From a bacterium (lineage in GTDB: Bacteria; 4484-113; JAGGVC01), in NCBI GenBank assembly GCA_039961635.1, contig JABRWB010000054.1, forward strand, positions 7,917 to 71,916: a stretch of 64,000 nt of DNA, in the 5' to 3' direction. Positions 52,966 through 64,000 of this stretch are shown one piece after another. The notes below the pieces were generated by a model. It ran no database searches and was not told the origin of the DNA. It saw nothing but the letters and a program-made list of their open reading frames with translations. The translations under genes were made by a program, and so were the position numbers. Within the stretch, counting starts at the first letter, position 1, and each line of letters begins with the position of its first letter.

Positions 52966-53725
52966 TCCTGTAAAGAAATGGCTTCTTCCGGTGCTGGCGG
53001 CGGGATTCGTGCTCTCGTGGATTCCGCTTTCGCTTATCGCGATGCAGCGCACGGGGATGCACAAAAAGCCGAGGTTTGAATTGATCCAGGACATGGACTG
53101 GCAGCCTTATTTCCGCAGCCAGATGGAGAATCCCGCGTTCGCGGACGGGCGCGCGATGCGGCCGCGCGTGCCGGGAACCGTCGCCCGAAGCGAAGCGATA
53201 TTGAACAACGAGCACTTTACGCGCGGCCTAGTGCGCGACGAATTCTTCACCGGCGGCAAGACCTGGGCGACAACTTATCCCATCAGGATCAACATGCAGA
53301 CGCTGGAACGCGGCAAGGAGCGTTACGGGATTTACTGCGCGCCCTGCCACGGATACGCGGGCTACGGCGACGGGCCGGTCGCGGTGCGCGCCGAACAATT
53401 GCAACAGGGCACTTGGACCCCGCCGTCCAGCTTTCATTCCGATCTCGTGCGTTCGCGCCCGGTCGGGCACATATTCAACACGATCACAAACGGGATAAGG
53501 AACATGCCCGCATACGGACCGCAAATTTCTCCGCATGACAGGTGGGCGATTGTCGCCTATGTCAAGGCGCTGCAATTAAGCCAGCACGCGAAGGCGGATA
53601 TCCTTGCTCCGGAGGAGCGCAGGAAGCTGGGGCTCGGGACGGATGCACCCAAACCCGCAGATGAATCCACGGGCGGAGATTCCGCGGCGCCCGGCGCAAG
53701 AAAAATCGAGGGGGAGGAGGAATGA
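52955..53725 (+). CDS. actE: Alternative complex III monoheme cytochrome c
   Basis: DMDWQP, GTVAR, CAPCHG, GIRNMPAY, DRWAIVAYVKALQ. Confidence 0.92.
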   Translation: MLPDPVKKWLLPVLAAGFVLSWIPLSLIAMQRTGMHKKPRFELIQDMDWQPYFRSQMENPAFADGRAMRPRVPGTVARSEAILNNEHFTRGLVRDEFFTGGKTWATTYPIRINMQTLERGKERYGIYCAPCHGYAGYGDGPVAVRAEQLQQGTWTPPSSFHSDLVRSRPVGHIFNTITNGIRNMPAYGPQISPHDRWAIVAYVKALQLSQHAKADILAPEERRKLGLGTDAPKPADESTGGDSAAPGARKIEGEEE

Positions 53726-54966
53726 TGGCTCATTCGCACGGCCACACGGTGCTGGATCCGAAAACCGTTCTGGACGAGCCCCGGTTCCTCGAAGCGCGCG
53801 GCCGAAAGTTCATGATCGCATCCGCCGCGGTAGGCATTCTTGCGCTGATCGCGGCGTTCGCGCTGGGAGCGGCCGCGGGCGACGGATTCAAGCGCTTTTC
53901 CTTTTCGTATCTTTTGAATTTCGCATACTTCCTTTCGCTTTCGCTTGGCGCGCTTTTCTTCGTCGGAATCCAGTATTTGACCAAGGCAAGCTGGAGCGTC
54001 GTCGTCCGGCGAATCGCGGAAACCTTCGCCGCGCTTTTCCCGCTGCTCGCGATTCTGGCGCTTCCGATAATATTGCCCGTTCTCATAGGCGGCTCGCCGC
54101 TATATTCGTGGACGACGGCGGACTCGGCCAAGGATCATTTGCTTCACGCCAAGGCGCCCTATTTGAATCCGGCGTTTTACATCGTGCGCATGGTGATTTA
54201 CTTCGGCGCGTGGACCGCGCTGGGGCTGATTTTCCATCGCCGCTCGGTGGCGCAGGACGCGAGCGCGGACGTGGAAATCACGCGCAGGCAGGAAAAGCTG
54301 TCCGCTCCCGCGATGGTGGTCTTCGCGCTGACGCTTACATTCGCGGCGATAGATTTCATAATGGCCCTCGACTACACTTGGTATTCCACGATATTCGGAG
54401 TTTATTTCTTCTCCGGGAGCGTTCTCGGCTTTTTCGCGTTCCTTACCGCGATCGCGATGCTCGTCCAGCGGCTTGGCTGGATTCCACGCGCGATAACGAT
54501 CGAACACTATCACGACCTCGGAAAGCTCATGTTCGCGTTCACGATGTTCTGGGCGTACATCGCGTTCTCCCAGTACATGCTCATCTGGTATGCGAATTTG
54601 CCCGAGGAAACCGGTTGGTTCCTGCGGCGCCAATCCGGCGAATGGACGTGGTTTTCGTGGTTCCTTTTGGTCGGGCATTTCATCGTTCCGTTTTTGTATC
54701 TTATCTCGCGCGGAATAAAACGCAGGAAGCGGCTGCTCATCCCGGCCGCGCTTTGGCTGATCGCGATGCATTGGATCGACCTTTACTATTTGATAGTTCC
54801 GGAATTCGGCTCCGCGAAGATTCCGTTCACGCCCGGCGACGTATTGTTGCTTGCAGGAATCGGCGGAATCTGGCTCGCGGGCGCGGCCTTCGTGGCCGGA
54901 AAGCATTCGCTTATCCCGGTCGGCGATCCGCGTCTAGGCGAATCGCTAAGGTTTGAAAACGTGTAA
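53722..54966 (+). CDS. actF: Alternative complex III subunit F
   Basis: YLNPAFYIVR, WYSTIFG, HDLGKL.FAF..FWAYIAFSQY..IWYANLPEET. Confidence 0.92.
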   Translation: MMAHSHGHTVLDPKTVLDEPRFLEARGRKFMIASAAVGILALIAAFALGAAAGDGFKRFSFSYLLNFAYFLSLSLGALFFVGIQYLTKASWSVVVRRIAETFAALFPLLAILALPIILPVLIGGSPLYSWTTADSAKDHLLHAKAPYLNPAFYIVRMVIYFGAWTALGLIFHRRSVAQDASADVEITRRQEKLSAPAMVVFALTLTFAAIDFIMALDYTWYSTIFGVYFFSGSVLGFFAFLTAIAMLVQRLGWIPRAITIEHYHDLGKLMFAFTMFWAYIAFSQYMLIWYANLPEETGWFLRRQSGEWTWFSWFLLVGHFIVPFLYLISRGIKRRKRLLIPAALWLIAMHWIDLYYLIVPEFGSAKIPFTPGDVLLLAGIGGIWLAGAAFVAGKHSLIPVGDPRLGESLRFENV

Positions 54967-55371
54967 TTGCAGGAGATTGGATTGTCCGAAGTGGAAAACA
55001 AGAATGAGATCGAACCGGGCGGCGTGGAAGGCCTCGACACGCCGATGGTGATTCTCGTCGGCCTGATTTCGGCCGCGTTCGTTTTCGTCGTGATCGTCGC
55101 CGGGATTGCGTTCTTCAACGCGGAGCGTTTCGCCGAGGAGGAGCGCAAGATCGTTAACGTGCGGTACGACGAGTTCGCTGGCCTCGCCGCCGAGCAGCAG
55201 GCTCTTCTTGAAAGCTACAAGGTGATCGATCCGGAAAGCGGAATCGTCGCAATCCCGATCGGAATCGCGATGCGGCAGATCGTGCAGGAAAACCAGCCGC
55301 GGTTCGGCGGCTTCGGTGCGCCGCCGGAAGCGATCCGCGGCGCAGGGCGCGAGGCGCCGGGCGGCAGATAG
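54967..55371 (+). CDS. Small single-TM protein, ActG-like
   Basis: One TM helix, C-terminal GIVAIPIGIAM pattern, located between actF and SCO. Confidence 0.6.
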   Translation: MQEIGLSEVENKNEIEPGGVEGLDTPMVILVGLISAAFVFVVIVAGIAFFNAERFAEEERKIVNVRYDEFAGLAAEQQALLESYKVIDPESGIVAIPIGIAMRQIVQENQPRFGGFGAPPEAIRGAGREAPGGR

Positions 55372-55427
55372 CGGAGAATCGAGGCGGTATCAATTGGCGA
55401 GGGCTGTTTAGCCCCGCCGGAAATGAA

Positions 55428-56303
55428 ATGAGTGTTTTCAATCCGAAAAATTTGAACAAACTCGCGGCGGTGTTGCCCGCCGGGATGATCGCGATCGCGC
55501 TCGCGGCCGCGCCCGCGCCCGCGCAGATCGCGCGATCCGAACTGAAAGAACTTGAAGGCGTGGGCATTACGGAACATCTGGACGAAAAGCTCCCGCTTGA
55601 TTTGCAGTTCACCGACGAGACGGGCAGGCAGGTGAAGCTCGCCGATTACTTTTCAGGCAACCGCCCGGTGATTCTCACGCTCGTTTACTACGAATGTCCG
55701 ATGCTGTGCAGCGTCGTTCTCAACGGAATGATCGACGCGCTTTCGGAGATAGACTTGGTTCCCGGACGCGATTACGACCTTCTGACGGTAAGTTTCAATC
55801 CGCTCGAAACGCCGACGCTTGCGAGGCTGAAGAAGCAGAACTACCTGAAGGATTGGGCAAATGCGAGCGCCGGGCCGAACTGGCATTTCCTGACTGGCGG
55901 GCAGGACGAGATAACCGCGCTTACATCTTCCGTCGGTTTCGGATACAAGTGGAACGAGGAACGCAAGGAATACGCGCATTCCGCGGCGCTGATTCTGCTC
56001 ACTCCGGACGGGCGCATTTCGCGTTACCTGTATGGAGTGATGTACGAGCCGAGGACGCTTCGGCTGTCTCTGCTCGAAGCCGGCGAGGGCAAGATCGGCT
56101 CGCCGATGGACCAGATAATCCTGTACTGCTTCCACTACGATCCGTCCGCGGGCGCGTACACACCCCAGGCGATCAACATAATGCGCGCGGCCGGATTGCT
56201 TACGCTTGTTGCGCTCGGCGGATTTTTGGGAGCGTATTTCGTCGGAGAAGCGCGGCGCGCGCGCGCGAAGAGCCGCGCGCTTCTGGAGGGGCCCGGAAGA
56301 TGA
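55428..56303 (+). CDS. SCO1/SenC copper chaperone
   Basis: YYECPMLC (CxxxC), YAHSA, SRYLYG. Confidence 0.92.
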   Translation: MSVFNPKNLNKLAAVLPAGMIAIALAAAPAPAQIARSELKELEGVGITEHLDEKLPLDLQFTDETGRQVKLADYFSGNRPVILTLVYYECPMLCSVVLNGMIDALSEIDLVPGRDYDLLTVSFNPLETPTLARLKKQNYLKDWANASAGPNWHFLTGGQDEITALTSSVGFGYKWNEERKEYAHSAALILLTPDGRISRYLYGVMYEPRTLRLSLLEAGEGKIGSPMDQIILYCFHYDPSAGAYTPQAINIMRAAGLLTLVALGGFLGAYFVGEARRARAKSRALLEGPGR

Positions 56304-57490
56304 CGCAATTAGGGATAATGTTGGGCGAAATGTCCGTTTTCGCGGGCCGGCTGAAACCGGTAAAGTTCATGCCGGTCGAAGCTTCCACCACCGCGGGAAC
56401 CGTGGACTTCATGCTCAAGTTCATTTTCGCGATTTCAGCGTTCTTTTTCGTCATCATCGTCGGGCTGTCGATTTATTTCGTCTGGCGTTTTCACAGCGGC
56501 AGGGCGAAGCGCCCGGAGGAGTCCCACCCGCACAACCTGCTGCTCGAAATTGTCTGGACGGTGATCCCCAGCATCCTAGTTGTCGTTATCTTTTATTACG
56601 GCTTCAAAAGCTACATGGACATTTCCACCCCGCCCGCGAACGCCTACGAAATCCAGGTCACCGCGCAGCAATGGGCGTGGATGTTCACTTACCCGAACGG
56701 GTACGTTGACGGCGAGCTGCACGTTCCGGTTGACCGGCCCGTCGTCCTCACGATGACGTCGGTTGACGTGCTTCATGCGTTTTTCGTCCCGGCGTTCCGC
56801 GCCAAGAAGGACGTAGTTCCCGGCAGATACACCAAGGTTTGGTTCGAGGCCACGGAGCCGGGCACATATGACATTATGTGCGCGGAGTATTGCGGCACAA
56901 GCCACAGCGCGATGCTCTCAAAAGTGCATGTTCACGAGCCGGGAGAGTACGAAAAGTGGCTGGCGGACGCGTCCAACTTCGTCGCGAAACTCGCGCCCGC
57001 GGACGCCGGCAAGAAGTTGTACGAAACGCGCGGCTGCGCGCAGTGCCACTCGATAGACGGTTCGGCGCACATCGGCCCGACACTTAAAAACCTGTTCGGC
57101 GAGCAGGTCGCGCTCAAGTCGGGCGAGAAAGTAACGGTCGAAGAGAACTACATCCGCGAGTCCATACTCGACCCGGCCAAGAAAGTCGTCGCGGGATTCG
57201 ACCCGGTAATGCCGACCTACCAGGGCAGGCTAAAAGACCAGGAAATCCTCGCGCTCATCGAATTCCTCAAGAGCCTGTCGGACAAGCACAAGTCCGAGGT
57301 GCTGCAGTCCTGGGACGAAGGCAAAGAATCCGGTGAGGAATCCGAAGCGCGGGATGGCGGCGGCGAGCCCGCTGGTTCGGCCGGCGCAAGTGTATCTGAA
57401 CCGGCCGCGCACGATGCGGAATCGGGATCGGGCGGCGCGGAACCGGATGGTGAAACGCGCGGCGACGCGCCGAAAGAAGGAGCCAGGTGA
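56300..57490 (+). CDS. coxB: Cytochrome caa3 oxidase subunit II (CuA plus cytochrome c domain)
   Basis: DVLHAF, CAEYCGTSHSAM CuA site, CAQCH heme c, acidic low-complexity tail. Confidence 0.95.
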   Translation: MTQLGIMLGEMSVFAGRLKPVKFMPVEASTTAGTVDFMLKFIFAISAFFFVIIVGLSIYFVWRFHSGRAKRPEESHPHNLLLEIVWTVIPSILVVVIFYYGFKSYMDISTPPANAYEIQVTAQQWAWMFTYPNGYVDGELHVPVDRPVVLTMTSVDVLHAFFVPAFRAKKDVVPGRYTKVWFEATEPGTYDIMCAEYCGTSHSAMLSKVHVHEPGEYEKWLADASNFVAKLAPADAGKKLYETRGCAQCHSIDGSAHIGPTLKNLFGEQVALKSGEKVTVEENYIRESILDPAKKVVAGFDPVMPTYQGRLKDQEILALIEFLKSLSDKHKSEVLQSWDEGKESGEESEARDGGGEPAGSAGASVSEPAAHDAESGSGGAEPDGETRGDAPKEGAR

Positions 57491-57495
57491 TTTAG

Positions 57496-59163
<1,668 letters not shown>

Positions 59164-59217
59164 CGCGTTAACAATGCATGAGGAATTTCGAATGACAATA
59201 TCGAACAAGCCGGGGAG

Positions 59218-60156
59218 GTGCAATCCGTGAGCGACCACACGGGCGGCCACCCGCGTTTTTTGCACCACCACTTCGACACGCCGCAGCAGCAGTTCAACTC
59301 CGACAAGCTTGGGATGTGGCTTTTCCTTGTCACCGAGATTCTGCTTTTCGGCGGATTGTTTTGCGCTTACGCGGTTTACCGCGCGAATCATCCGGAAATA
59401 TTCGTCTACGCGCACAAGTTTCTCGACAAGAACCTGGGCGCGCTGAACACCGTCGTCCTGATTTTCTCCAGCCTCACGATGGCCCTCGCGGTGCGCGCCG
59501 CGCAAACGTCCAACAAAAAGGCGCTTTTGATTTTTCTCGGCATAACCGTGGCCTGCGCGTTCACGTTCATGGGCGTGAAGTACGTCGAATACAAGGCCAA
59601 ATGGCAGCACGGCCTTCTTCCCGGCAAGTCGTACAATCCCGCGGCGCACGAGACTCACGACGCGTCCGCGGACGGCGCGCATGAAGAAGGGGCGGCGCAC
59701 GGCGCAACCTCGGCCGCGAACACGGAGCAGCCCGCGGATGATGACGCGCCCGCGTACACTCCGGAGGACCATGCGCGGGAGGAGGCCGCTGCCGAGGCGG
59801 GAATCGTTCCGGCGGCGAATCCAAACGAGCCGCTCGTCATAGAAAAATCCGCGATAAAACCGGCCGCGGTCGGGCCGGCGGGACTTGCGGAAGAAGCCGC
59901 GGGAGCCGACGCGCACGCGGCCGTGGACGAGCCCAAGAACGTCCAGCTTTTCTTCAGCATATATTTCCTGATGACGGGGCTGCACGGCCTTCACGTTCTC
60001 GTCGGCATAATCGTGATTTTCATTATCATGTACTACTCGTCCAAAGGGTGCTACGACGCGGAGTATTTCACTCCGGTCGAGCTGACCGGGCTTTACTGGC
60101 ACTTGGTCGACCTGATCTGGATTTACCTGTTCCCGCTTCTGTATTTGATACACTAG
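59218..60156 (+). CDS. coxC: Cytochrome c oxidase subunit III with ~80-aa Ala/Glu/His-rich loop
   Basis: LGMWLFLVTEILLFGGLF, NTVVLIFSS, MTGLHGLHV, GLYWHLVDLIW. Start may be GTG 59227. Confidence 0.93.
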   Translation: MQSVSDHTGGHPRFLHHHFDTPQQQFNSDKLGMWLFLVTEILLFGGLFCAYAVYRANHPEIFVYAHKFLDKNLGALNTVVLIFSSLTMALAVRAAQTSNKKALLIFLGITVACAFTFMGVKYVEYKAKWQHGLLPGKSYNPAAHETHDASADGAHEEGAAHGATSAANTEQPADDDAPAYTPEDHAREEAAAEAGIVPAANPNEPLVIEKSAIKPAAVGPAGLAEEAAGADAHAAVDEPKNVQLFFSIYFLMTGLHGLHVLVGIIVIFIIMYYSSKGCYDAEYFTPVELTGLYWHLVDLIWIYLFPLLYLIH

Positions 60157-60171
60157 CGGGGGGGAGCGAAT

Positions 60172-60552
60172 ATGAACGAACACAAAACAACCGGCGCTGC
60201 GCATGATGCGGGGGCGCTCCACGTCCACGTAGTTCCGGCAAGCTTGTTTATATTGATATTCGTCGCGCTGATGTTTCTGACCATCGTAACCGTCGCGGTC
60301 ACATATGTTGATTTGGGCGCGCTGAATTTGTGGGTGGCGATGATTATCGCGACCTTAAAGGGGCTTCTTGTCGCGCTGTTCTTCATGCATCTGAGGTGGG
60401 ACAGGTTGTTCAACGGCTTCGTTTTCATGTCCGCGCTTGTTTTCGTTTCGCTTTTCATCGGGATCGCGCTGATGGACACCGCAAGCTACAAGCCGACCCA
60501 GATTCCGGGATACGCTCCAGCGATGGAGCGGAGGGGAGGCGGGGAGCACTGA
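60172..60552 (+). CDS. coxD: Cytochrome c oxidase subunit IV (CtaF/CoxD)
   Basis: ALMFLTIVTV, IATLKGLLVALFFMHL.WD. Confidence 0.9.
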   Translation: MNEHKTTGAAHDAGALHVHVVPASLFILIFVALMFLTIVTVAVTYVDLGALNLWVAMIIATLKGLLVALFFMHLRWDRLFNGFVFMSALVFVSLFIGIALMDTASYKPTQIPGYAPAMERRGGGEH

Positions 60553-60602
60553 CGCGGCATCCGGCCGGCGCGGAGGAACGTGCGGCTGCCCTGCAGAAAA
60601 GC

Positions 60603-61142
60603 ATGGCGGCGACCGGCATGCGTTTTTTCATCGCCGCGCTGTCCATCCTTTTCGCGGCGAGCCTTATCGGATACCTCGTCGTGCGCGGCCGCTCGGAATC
60701 GTGGATTCCGGAAGGCGTTCAGGCGGCGCCGCCCGGCCTCTGGATTTCGACGATTATCATCGTCCTTTCCGGCATCACGATCCAGCTCGCGCTCACCGGA
60801 ATCCGACGGGGACGCGCTCTCGACCTCAAGCTCGGACTTGCGGCGACGTTTTTGCTCGGACTTGCTTTTCTCGTCGCGCAGGCGCTCAACTGGTTGGGGC
60901 TGATAAGACTTGCGCTTTCTCCGGAAGTCGCGGCGATGTACCAGTTCACGTTTTTCTTTCTCACCGGTTTGCACGGTCTGCACGTGCTCGGCGGGCTCAT
61001 CCCCCTCGGAATGGCGCTTTCGGGCGCGTTACACGGCGCGTACTCCGCCGAAAACCACGCGGGAGTGCACCATGTCGCGATTTACTGGCACTTTTTGGGC
61101 GTTGTCTGGCTGGTGATGTTCGTAGTGATGTTTTTAGTGTAG
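60603..61142 (+). CDS. Second, short cytochrome c oxidase subunit III-like protein
   Basis: FFIAALSILFAAS, FLTGLHGLHVLGG, YWHFLGVVW. Start uncertain (CTG 60549 or ATG 60603). Confidence 0.85.
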   Translation: MAATGMRFFIAALSILFAASLIGYLVVRGRSESWIPEGVQAAPPGLWISTIIIVLSGITIQLALTGIRRGRALDLKLGLAATFLLGLAFLVAQALNWLGLIRLALSPEVAAMYQFTFFFLTGLHGLHVLGGLIPLGMALSGALHGAYSAENHAGVHHVAIYWHFLGVVWLVMFVVMFLV

Positions 61143-62270
61143 CTACTTTCCCGCGGCCCAGAACGCGTACCACGCGAACCAAAACGAGTAAGTGACCGAC
61201 GTTATCGCGCCCGGCTTTTCGGCAACAGCCTCCACCGTCGGCGGCTCGTACGTTTCCGTCTCCGGCGTGTAGCGCAGGCTCAAGGGCGTCTCTCCCACTT
61301 TCGTTTCGAAAACGCCGCCTTCGCCCGCATTCGCCGCGATGTCGCCGAAGAAAAACACGGCGCTCGAATCCCGCGTTCTCACCGCTATAACCCTCTCGAA
61401 CGCGGGCACGCCGCCGCCCGGCGGCTCCGGTACGACGGGGAACCGCGGCTCGCCTTTCAGAAAGTAACTCGCATACGGGCTTGATTCGTACTTGCCCTTC
61501 ACATTTCTGTCGCCAGTCACTACCGTCGTTTCCGGATGAGCAGCAATCCAGTCCCTCCACAGAACGACCGCGCACGGCAGCGTTTCGAGCTTCGTACCCG
61601 CGGCCGGCCCCGCGATCGCGCGCGCGCCGAGCTGGCTCCACAGGCTTTCGTCCTCCGGCTTCTCGCGCCGGTCGAATAAAAGCTGGTTCGAGTTGCACAG
61701 AAGCCCGCTCACGCCGAACTCGAGCGTCTCGCCGCCGACGCGCCGGTCGAAGACGGCGACGCTGTCGCACAGCGGCGAGTACGTAATCAAAACCGGCAGG
61801 CCGCCCAGCGTATCGTTCGCCGCTTCATGCCACGCCATCACCCGCAAAGGATATGCCCGCGCCTCGCCGCCGATTTCGACGCCGATCACGCGATCCGACG
61901 GGACGAGGAATTTGGAATGCTCCCGCCTGCGCTGCTGCTCGTTTATCGCTTCCACTTCCGCGCCGTGCACGTTTTCCGGTTCGACCAGCGCCCGGATGCC
62001 GTCCTTGGGCAGCCCGCCCGCGACGACCGAGCCGCGCGCCGCGTCTATATTGGATAGGTCGAATCCGTACGTATCAGGATTTTTGCCGTCGCCGGGATGC
62101 TTCGCCTTCGCGCCGAGCGACGGAAGAACGAGCCTGATCGCCAGCAAAAGCGAAAGTAGAACGACCAGCGCTATCAGCCAGCCGAGGGAGCGGGCGATCT
62201 GCGCCGGCGTCGGCGCGCGGCCGGGTTGAGCTTCGGCGCGTTGCGCGGATTTGCGTTTATTTTTCTTCAT
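61143..62270 (-). CDS. DUF3179 family membrane-anchored protein
   Basis: KDGIRAL, EARAYP, WHEAANDTLGG, TYSPLC, FGVSGLL.NSN, SLWSQ, W..W..AHPET. Confidence 0.85.
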   Translation of the reverse strand: MKKNKRKSAQRAEAQPGRAPTPAQIARSLGWLIALVVLLSLLLAIRLVLPSLGAKAKHPGDGKNPDTYGFDLSNIDAARGSVVAGGLPKDGIRALVEPENVHGAEVEAINEQQRRREHSKFLVPSDRVIGVEIGGEARAYPLRVMAWHEAANDTLGGLPVLITYSPLCDSVAVFDRRVGGETLEFGVSGLLCNSNQLLFDRREKPEDESLWSQLGARAIAGPAAGTKLETLPCAVVLWRDWIAAHPETTVVTGDRNVKGKYESSPYASYFLKGEPRFPVVPEPPGGGVPAFERVIAVRTRDSSAVFFFGDIAANAGEGGVFETKVGETPLSLRYTPETETYEPPTVEAVAEKPGAITSVTYSFWFAWYAFWAAGK

Positions 62271-63240
62271 CGCCTGACGGGGCGGAGCGCTCCGCCGCCC
62301 AGGCATTATAGGACGCGATGAACTTTTGCGCCGAGCGATCCGCCCCGCGGTCCGCGGGAATCCTGTCCCCCACCATCGCGACCATCAGAAGGAAGAGGTA
62401 CGCGATGCTGGCCGCGAACACGCCGCGCGCCGCCGCGCCCGTGCGCTTCCGCCAAAGAAGCACTCCGGCCGCAAGAAACGCAAGGCCAAGCAACGCGCTC
62501 GCCGCGGCGAAATATCCCCCCGCGATTCCGAAAATCGAAAGCGCGAGCGCGAGCGGGACCAGAGCCGCGATGTAGAGAACGGCAAGCCGCGCGCTCGTCC
62601 GCCCGTCGGAATCTTCCAGCGAAAGCATTTTGAATCCCGCGCGCGCGTAATCCTTGCGGTAAAGCCAGCCGAGCGCCAGGAAATGCGGGATTTGCCACAC
62701 GAAAAGGATCGCGAACAGCGCCAGCCCGCCGAGTCCGATCCCGCCAGTCGCCGCCGTCCATCCCATAAGCGGCGGGATCGCGCCCGTGAGCGCGCCCGCG
62801 AGCGTACACACCGGCGTGGTTTTTTTCATCGGCGTGTACGCGAGGACGTAAATCAGAATCGACGCCAGGGCGAGCGCCGCGGTCAGAAGGTTAGAAAATC
62901 CGGCGAGAAGCGCTACGCCCGCCGCGCACATTGCCAGCGCCCAGCCCAGAGCCGCGCCGCCCGTCATTCTTCCCGAAGGCAGCGGCCGCTTCATCGTGCG
63001 GCGCATCAGCCCGTCCGGCGAGGCTTCCACCCACTGGTTAAGCGCGTTCGCCCCGCCCGCGGCCAGCGCTGTGCCGAGCGTGCACCACAATAATCCCGGC
63101 CAGTCTATAACCGCGCCCTGCGCGAGAGCGAATCCGGCCGCCGCGGTCAGCGCGACGAGCAGCGTCAGCCGCGCTTTGGCGAGCTCAAGTACGAGCCCCG
63201 CGAGCGGCGTTCTGCGTGCGAAGGTCGCTGTATCGGTCAT
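62257..63240 (-). CDS. ctaB: Protoheme IX farnesyltransferase (heme O synthase)
   Basis: ANALNQ, DGLMRRTMKRPLPSG, GAIPPLMGWTAA, WQIPHFLAL, DYARAG. Confidence 0.95.
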   Translation of the reverse strand: MTDTATFARRTPLAGLVLELAKARLTLLVALTAAAGFALAQGAVIDWPGLLWCTLGTALAAGGANALNQWVEASPDGLMRRTMKRPLPSGRMTGGAALGWALAMCAAGVALLAGFSNLLTAALALASILIYVLAYTPMKKTTPVCTLAGALTGAIPPLMGWTAATGGIGLGGLALFAILFVWQIPHFLALGWLYRKDYARAGFKMLSLEDSDGRTSARLAVLYIAALVPLALALSIFGIAGGYFAAASALLGLAFLAAGVLLWRKRTGAAARGVFAASIAYLFLLMVAMVGDRIPADRGADRSAQKFIASYNAWAAERSAPSGDEEK

Positions 63241-63328
63241 TGACGGAAGTATATACCGTGAAGCGTCGCGTTTGGACTTAAATCTGCAAGTGCCTTTTCG
63301 AGCTGATGAGATTATGAATTTCAAAACC

Positions 63329-64000
63329 TCACCTCCGCCGCGCTTTCCAGTTCGACGCGCCCGATGCCAGCGCGAAAAGGTTCACCGCGGCCGCTGGCGC
63401 CGCCGCAGCGCCGGCGACCAGCGCAAGCGGAACCGAATAGAAATCCGCAAGCCAAAACATCATGAAATCCGCGGGCACGACGAGAAACGAGAACAGCGCG
63501 CCAAGCGCGATCCCCGCCGCGGGCAGCCTGAATATCCCCGAAAGAGTGAGGGACGAGATGAAAAGGAAATTTATCACGTTCATGAGAATCACGGACGCGA
63601 ACAAAGGCAGGTTGTTGCGCAGCGTCATCCCCTCCGGCGTTTGCGCAAGAAAAAGCTCGTTGTAAATTAGCAGCCCCGCGAAAAACACGAATATCTGCGG
63701 CAGCATTATCGCCGCCTGCGTCGCCAGATGCCCCGCCCACACCTCTCCCGGCCGCACACCCGTGAGCTTTATCAGATCCAGCGAGCCCGGCTCGCCCTCC
63801 TTGAGCGCAACGTAGGTCGCGGCCAGCCAGCTTACGAGCGTGTTGACGAAAAGGTAGATCATCACGACGGTGTAGGGCTGGAAAATCTGGAGCCGTGAGA
63901 CGCCCGCGCCTACGCCGCCGAATACGTCGTCGTCCGCGAGCGAGGAAAGCCAGTTGAAAAGCACGCACGCGGGCGGCACAAGCCAGCCCATAAGGACAAG
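63329..64000 (-). CDS. Membrane protein, possibly ABC-2-type permease (5' end may extend beyond window)
   Basis: Several TM helices and KEGEPGSLDLIKLTG.RP.E..AG.L pattern; frame remains open to the window edge. Confidence 0.5.
   Translation of the reverse strand, partial: LVLMGWLVPPACVLFNWLSSLADDDVFGGVGAGVSRLQIFQPYTVVMIYLFVNTLVSWLAATYVALKEGEPGSLDLIKLTGVRPGEVWAGHLATQAAIMLPQIFVFFAGLLIYNELFLAQTPEGMTLRNNLPLFASVILMNVINFLFISSLTLSGIFRLPAAGIALGALFSFLVVPADFMMFWLADFYSVPLALVAGAAAAPAAAVNLFALASGASNWKARRR

Overview
GC-rich (roughly 60%) bacterial chromosomal window. The TolC, LolA-like and lipoprotein genes suggest a diderm, and the many lineage-specific lipoproteins suggest an uncultured lineage. Gene order: tatC; LolA/DUF4412-like exported protein, sigma-70 factor and heme A synthase; complete Pho locus (phoB-phoR-pstSCAB-phoU) with 11-bp-phased Pho-box-like repeats; PKD/cohesin-like lipoprotein followed by a decayed paralog; ClpB/ClpC ATPase; PIN toxin-antitoxin pair; secreted beta-helix protein; double-cubane-type [Fe-S] reductase with its ATP-dependent activator; bshC and a MazG-like gene; TetR-TolC-MFP-RND efflux operon; dockerin-like/PKD lipoprotein; YumC-type FNR with plsX-fabHDGF; lepA; small accessory genes; tRNA-Val(CAC); complete alternative complex III (actABCDEF, actG-like) joined to SCO and an A2-type caa3 oxidase operon; convergent ctaB-DUF3179. 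I saw no CRISPR array, integrase or transposase. Two signals stand out. (1) The double-cubane reductase operon has a sigma-54-type promoter and a ~250-nt structured leader containing a hairpin-sequestered perfect Shine-Dalgarno, a 10-codon uORF ending in UGA, and a SECIS-like hairpin after that UGA. (2) A cohesin-like and a dockerin-like surface lipoprotein occur together without any cellulase, which hints at a non-cellulosomal surface scaffold. All family assignments come from motif recognition by eye; no database search was run.
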